Assembly (NCBI GenBank): GCA_963836075.1
Contig: CAWIIB010000009.1
Location: 2,496,001 to 2,560,000 of the forward strand
Direction: 5' to 3'
DNA: 64,000 nucleotides
Source of the DNA: an uncultured Acidobacteriota bacterium
GTDB taxonomy: Bacteria; Acidobacteriota; JAQAZP01
Part shown: positions 59,965-64,000 of the stretch, one piece after another
Numbering within the stretch: position 1 is the first letter of the stretch
Layout: each line of letters opens with the position of its first letter
The notes under the pieces: model-generated
Told to the model about the DNA's origin: nothing
Database searches by the model: none
What the model saw: only the letters and a program-made list of their open reading frames with translations
Program-made: the position numbers and the translations under genes

Positions 59965-60500
59965 ACCACCCCACCGGCGCCATGGGCATCATTTATCTCA
60001 CCGGTTTCATGGGGTCGGGTAAAAGCACGGTGGGCCGCGAGCTGGCTCGCCTCCTGGACCGCCCGTTCATCGACCTCGACTCGCTCATCGAAGGCCGCGA
60101 GGGTCGCAGCATCGCCCGCATCTTTGTCCGGGGGGGCGAAACGGCCTTCCGGGAAGCTGAAGGGCGTGCCCTGGCAGCCCTCGCGGTGCAGCAGGGCCCG
60201 GTGGTGGCCACCGGGGGCGGAACTGTCCTCTCCCGTGAAAACCGGCAACTGATGGCCCGCACCGGCCTGCGGATCTGGCTCAAGTGCCCGTTGGCGGAGA
60301 TCCTCCGACGCCTGGAGGCCTGCACCGGGGAGCCGGACCACCGGCCGCTCTGGACCGGCGACCGGCAGGAGCTGGCGCACCTGCTGGAGGAACGGACGCC
60401 GGTCTATGCCGCTTCGGCCGAACTGACTGTGGATGCCACGGCAGCGGCGGCGGAGACCGCAGGGGCCATCGTGCGCTGGCTGGAGGGACGGGGGTCGTGA
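59961..60500 (+). CDS. aroK: Shikimate kinase
   Basis: LTGFMGSGKSTVG, DLD, GETAFREAE, ATGGG, RPL, RTPVY. Confidence 0.93.
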   Translation: MNHPTGAMGIIYLTGFMGSGKSTVGRELARLLDRPFIDLDSLIEGREGRSIARIFVRGGETAFREAEGRALAALAVQQGPVVATGGGTVLSRENRQLMARTGLRIWLKCPLAEILRRLEACTGEPDHRPLWTGDRQELAHLLEERTPVYAASAELTVDATAAAAETAGAIVRWLEGRGS

Positions 60501-61246
60501 AGACGTATCTGTTGCTCAGCGATATTCACGCCAACATCGAGGCGCTGGACGCGGTGCTGGAGGTTGACCGGATGCTGCCGCCCCCCGACGCGGTGCTGAT
60601 TCTCGGCGACCTGGTGGGCTACGGGCCCGATCCCGCCGCCGTTATTTCCCGCATCCGCCAGCTGCCCGGACCGCTGCTGATCATTCGCGGCAATCACGAC
60701 CGGGTGGTGGCGGGTATCGATTCGGCTGCCGGGTTTAACGAGGATGCCCGGGCCGCGGCCAGCTGGTCCCGTGGGGTGCTGAGCCCCGAGGACCAGGCCT
60801 GGCTGTCCATGCTGCCCCGGGGCCCGTTGATTCTCGACCGGGGCGAGGTGGCCGTTCACGGGTCACCGCTGGATGAGGACCAGTATCTCTACTCGGCGGG
60901 CCCCATCCGGCAGGCCTTCGACACGGTGCCGGCGCCGCTGATCTTCTGCGGTCACACTCACCAGCCCCTGGCCGCGGTGATGGAGGAGGGCCGCTGCACG
61001 GTCCGGCCCCTGCGGCGGCCCAAGGAAGAGCTGGTGCGCCGCTCCGGGCGGCCCCTGCTGTTCAACCCCGGTTCGGTGGGGCAGCCCCGGGACGGCGACC
61101 CCCGTGCGGCCTATGCCCGCTACCACACGGACACCGGGCGGATCACCTTTTTTCGCGTGGCCTACGATTACCGCCCCACTGTGCGCAAAATGCACGATGC
61201 CGGGCTCCCGGATTTCCTCTCCCGGCGCCTGGCTGCCGGCCGCTGA
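60497..61246 (+). CDS. Metallophosphoesterase (PPP/YfcE-like)
   Basis: SDIHAN, LGDLVGYGP, RGNHD, HGSP, CGHTH, NPGSVGQPRDGDPRA; GTG start overlaps the aroK stop. Confidence 0.92.
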   Translation: MKTYLLLSDIHANIEALDAVLEVDRMLPPPDAVLILGDLVGYGPDPAAVISRIRQLPGPLLIIRGNHDRVVAGIDSAAGFNEDARAAASWSRGVLSPEDQAWLSMLPRGPLILDRGEVAVHGSPLDEDQYLYSAGPIRQAFDTVPAPLIFCGHTHQPLAAVMEEGRCTVRPLRRPKEELVRRSGRPLLFNPGSVGQPRDGDPRAAYARYHTDTGRITFFRVAYDYRPTVRKMHDAGLPDFLSRRLAAGR

Positions 61247-61297
61247 GCGGACGGGGCGCCTCCTGCCTCACAGGTCAGAAATCTTCTTCCGGAACCG

Positions 61298-61326
61298 CTC
61301 AACACCGGACCCCAACAGGCCGATAG
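61298..61326 (+). promoter_or_regulatory. sigma28 (FliA/WhiG)-like promoter upstream of pilB
   Basis: CTCAAC-N15-GCCGATAG, about 140 nt before ATG 61466. Confidence 0.55.
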
Positions 61327-61465
61327 GAAGTTGAACGCCTTGCTTGCCGGCGGCTGCTGTTGATGCCGGTCAAAGTGCCGGATTGGATGCTGTTGATTCC
61401 TCTCCAGCGGCAGACAGTTGAGAACGCCGTCCATCGCGCCGGGATCCCAGTCGCCTGCCGCCGGA

Positions 61466-63202
61466 ATGTCGAAGAGGCTCGTGATGCGAATCGGTGACAT
61501 GCTGGTCAGTGCGGGGCTGATCAATGAACAACAGTTGAAAGAGGTCCTGGTCAAGCAGAAGGAAGAGGGGGGGAAAGTGGGATCCCTCCTGGTCAAGCAC
61601 GGATACATCCAGGAAGAAGACCTCACCTCCCACCTCAGTCAGCAGTATGGCGTCCCGGCGATCAACCTCGGCAGTTTCGAGATCGACGAATCCATTTTCA
61701 AGCTGATTCCGGCGGAGACGGCCCGCAAGTACGAACTGATCCCGATCAACCGTACCGGGGCCACGCTGACCATCGCCATGGTGGACCCGACCAACGTCTT
61801 CGCCATGGACGACATCAAGTTCATGACCGGCTACAACGTGGAGCCGGTGATCGCCTCCGAGGTGGCCATCCTCGAGGCCATCGAGAACTATTACCAGAGC
61901 ACGTCGGCCATCGAGTTGAAACGGGTGATGGACGACCTCACCGCCCAGTCGGCGGTGGACGACATGGAGGTGCTGGACACCGACGACGACGACCTGGACA
62001 TCAGTTCCGAGGAACTGGAAGCCGCCGAGGAGGCGCCGGTGATCAAGCTGGTCAACCTGATCTTCAGCGACGCGCTGAAGCGGGGGGCCAGCGATATCCA
62101 CCTCGAGCCGTACGAAAAAGAATACCGGGTGCGCTTCCGCATCGACGGCGTGCTCTACGAGAGCATGCGGCCGCCGCTGAAACTGAGGGATGCGATCATC
62201 TCCCGGATCAAGATCATGGCCAAACTGGACATCTCCGAGCGCCGGCTGCCCCAGGACGGCCGGATCAAGGCCAAGATGAAGGTCGGGGGCAAGATCAAGG
62301 AGCTGGACTTCCGCGTCTCCTCCCTGCCGACCCTCTTCGGCGAGAAGGTGGTACTGCGGCTGCTGGACAAGGACAACCTGATGCTCGACATGACCAAGCT
62401 CGGCTTCGAGGTGGAGTCGCTGAAGCGGTTCGAGCGGAACATCGTCAAACCGTACGGCATCATCCTGGTCACCGGGCCCACCGGCAGCGGCAAAACCAAC
62501 ACGCTTTACTCCTCCATCTCGCGGCTCAACTCGCCGGAGACGAACATCATGACCGCCGAGGACCCGGTGGAATTCAACCTCAACGGCATCAACCAGGTGC
62601 AGATGAAGGAACAGATCGGCCTCAACTTCGCCTCGACTCTCCGGTCGTTCCTGCGCCAGGACCCCAACATCATCCTGGTGGGTGAGATCCGGGATTTCGA
62701 GACCGCGGAGATCGCCATCAAGGCCGCACTCACCGGCCACCTGGTGCTCAGTACGCTGCACACCAACGACGCCCCCAGCACCATCAACCGGCTGATGAAC
62801 ATGGGCATCGAGCCGTTCCTCGTCTCCACCTCGCTGAACCTGATCTGCGCCCAGCGGTTGATCCGCCGCATCTGCAGCGAGTGCAAGATCGAGATCACCT
62901 CGGTGCCCCAGGCGTTGGTGGAGATCGGTTTCTCCCAGGAAGAGGCGGAGACGGTGCAGCTCTACCGCGGAGAGGGCTGTACTACCTGCAACAATACCGG
63001 CTACAAGGGCCGGGTGGGGTTGTATGAAGTGCTCGAGGCCACCGACGACATCAAGGAGCTGGTGCTCTGCGGCGCCTCGGCGGTGGAGATCAAGGAGAAG
63101 GCGATGGAGCAGGGAATGATCTCCCTGCGTCACAGCGGTCTGCAGAAAATCCGCAACGGTGTGACCACCGTTGAGGAGGTGTTGCGGGAGACCGTTGCCT
63201 GA
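61466..63202 (+). CDS. pilB: Type IV-A pilus extension ATPase with an N-terminal MshEN domain
   Basis: RIGDMLVSAGLI...LKEVLVKQ, ASDIH, ERRLPQDGR, GPTGSGKT, AEDPVE, LRQDPN, GEIRD, STLHTND, tetracysteine Zn site. Confidence 0.96.
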   Translation: MSKRLVMRIGDMLVSAGLINEQQLKEVLVKQKEEGGKVGSLLVKHGYIQEEDLTSHLSQQYGVPAINLGSFEIDESIFKLIPAETARKYELIPINRTGATLTIAMVDPTNVFAMDDIKFMTGYNVEPVIASEVAILEAIENYYQSTSAIELKRVMDDLTAQSAVDDMEVLDTDDDDLDISSEELEAAEEAPVIKLVNLIFSDALKRGASDIHLEPYEKEYRVRFRIDGVLYESMRPPLKLRDAIISRIKIMAKLDISERRLPQDGRIKAKMKVGGKIKELDFRVSSLPTLFGEKVVLRLLDKDNLMLDMTKLGFEVESLKRFERNIVKPYGIILVTGPTGSGKTNTLYSSISRLNSPETNIMTAEDPVEFNLNGINQVQMKEQIGLNFASTLRSFLRQDPNIILVGEIRDFETAEIAIKAALTGHLVLSTLHTNDAPSTINRLMNMGIEPFLVSTSLNLICAQRLIRRICSECKIEITSVPQALVEIGFSQEEAETVQLYRGEGCTTCNNTGYKGRVGLYEVLEATDDIKELVLCGASAVEIKEKAMEQGMISLRHSGLQKIRNGVTTVEEVLRETVA

Positions 63203-63441
63203 GCGGGGCGGGTCCCCGTTCCCCCTCCCGGAGCCCCGGGTGCCGGCAACTGGCTTTTGACAACGTAATATCAATGTTTGCAATGGATTAAAGAGGGCAA
63301 TATTAGCCGTAAAGATGTGCCCTCCCGATCCGAAAAGGTAAGTGAGGGCCGAAGGGCGCCGGCACAGTCCGGCCCGGCGCAAAGCGAGAAACGACTGGCC
63401 TGCGCAAACGCCTGGCCGGCCACAGGAAACGGGGTTCAATC

Positions 63442-64000
63442 TTGGAAATAACACTGCAGCAGCTGTTGAAGGCGATGCTCGACATGAGCGGCGGATCCGA
63501 CCTGCACGTCACCGCCAACTCCCCGCCGCAGATCCGGGTGGACGGCAAGCTGATCCCGTTAAAGATGCCCCAGCTCTCGGCAACCGACACCAAGAAACTG
63601 GCCTACAGTGTGCTCACCGATGCGCAGAAGCACCGTTTCGAGGAGAACCTCGAGCTGGACTTCTCTTTTGGCATCAAGGGCCTGGCCCGGTTCCGGGCCA
63701 ACATTTTCAACCAGCGGGGATCGGTGGCGGCGGCCTTCCGGATGATTCCCTGGGAGTGCCCGAGCTTCCAGGAACTGGGTCTGCCCAAGGTGATCACCAA
63801 GGTCTGCGACCGGCCCCGCGGGCTGGTGCTGGTCACCGGGCCCACCGGCAGCGGCAAGTCCACCACCCTGGCGGCGATGCTGGACAAGATCAACCGCGAA
63901 CGGAACCAGCACATCGTCACCATCGAAGACCCGGTGGAGTATCTGCACCCGCACAAAACCTGCATCGTCAACCAGCGGGAACTCCACTCGGACACCCACA
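63442..64000 (+). CDS. pilT: Type IV pilus retraction ATPase PilT (truncated by the window end)
   Basis: Hand translation from TTG 63442: [35 protein letters not shown]...ELDFSFG...[11 protein letters not shown]...[20 protein letters not shown]...[10 protein letters not shown]...VNQRE. Confidence 0.95.
   Translation, partial: MEITLQQLLKAMLDMSGGSDLHVTANSPPQIRVDGKLIPLKMPQLSATDTKKLAYSVLTDAQKHRFEENLELDFSFGIKGLARFRANIFNQRGSVAAAFRMIPWECPSFQELGLPKVITKVCDRPRGLVLVTGPTGSGKSTTLAAMLDKINRERNQHIVTIEDPVEYLHPHKTCIVNQRELHSDTH

Overview
GC-rich bacterial chromosomal core region (roughly mid-60s % GC by eye, not computed), most likely Acidobacteriota. That call rests on an Acido-Lenti-1-like RNA, the HhH-inserted SecF and the gene order. 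I found no prophage, integrase, transposase, CRISPR array or rRNA. Contents in order: envelope/secreted enzymes (ABC substrate-binding lipoprotein, GT-C glycosyltransferase, FGE-domain protein, HExxH peptidase with FG-GAP-like repeats, sulfatase-like hydrolase, SGNH hydrolase); a split LKR/SDH saccharopine pathway; a YeiH-type transporter; a tRNA Gly-Cys-Leu cluster; glgB and GH57; an ECF sigma module; cysS; an RsbUVW-like partner-switching trio; trkAH; an NrdD-like gene; folD-coaE-tgt-yajC-secD-secF-rel-ridA; rpmB; pilMNOPQ plus two lipoproteins, a TPR protein and a roadblock protein; efp-accB-accC; two NSS transporters; aroK; pilB and a truncated pilT. Best leads: (1) a full-length class III ribonucleotide reductase homolog that has lost the glycyl-radical Gly, both catalytic Cys positions and substrate motifs but keeps the ATP-cone and Zn ribbon (candidate pseudo-enzyme nucleotide sensor); (2) a ComEA-like helix-hairpin-helix domain inserted in the periplasmic head of SecF; (3) a switch-like structured leader with a terminator before ridA; (4) a shared sigma28-like motif CTCAAC-N15-GCCGATA before both pilus operons; (5) an unannotated 21-aa hydrophobic ORF with a sequestered SD. 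Two single-G frameshifts (peptidase, folD) probably reflect assembly errors. All family assignments come from motif recognition by eye; no searches were run.
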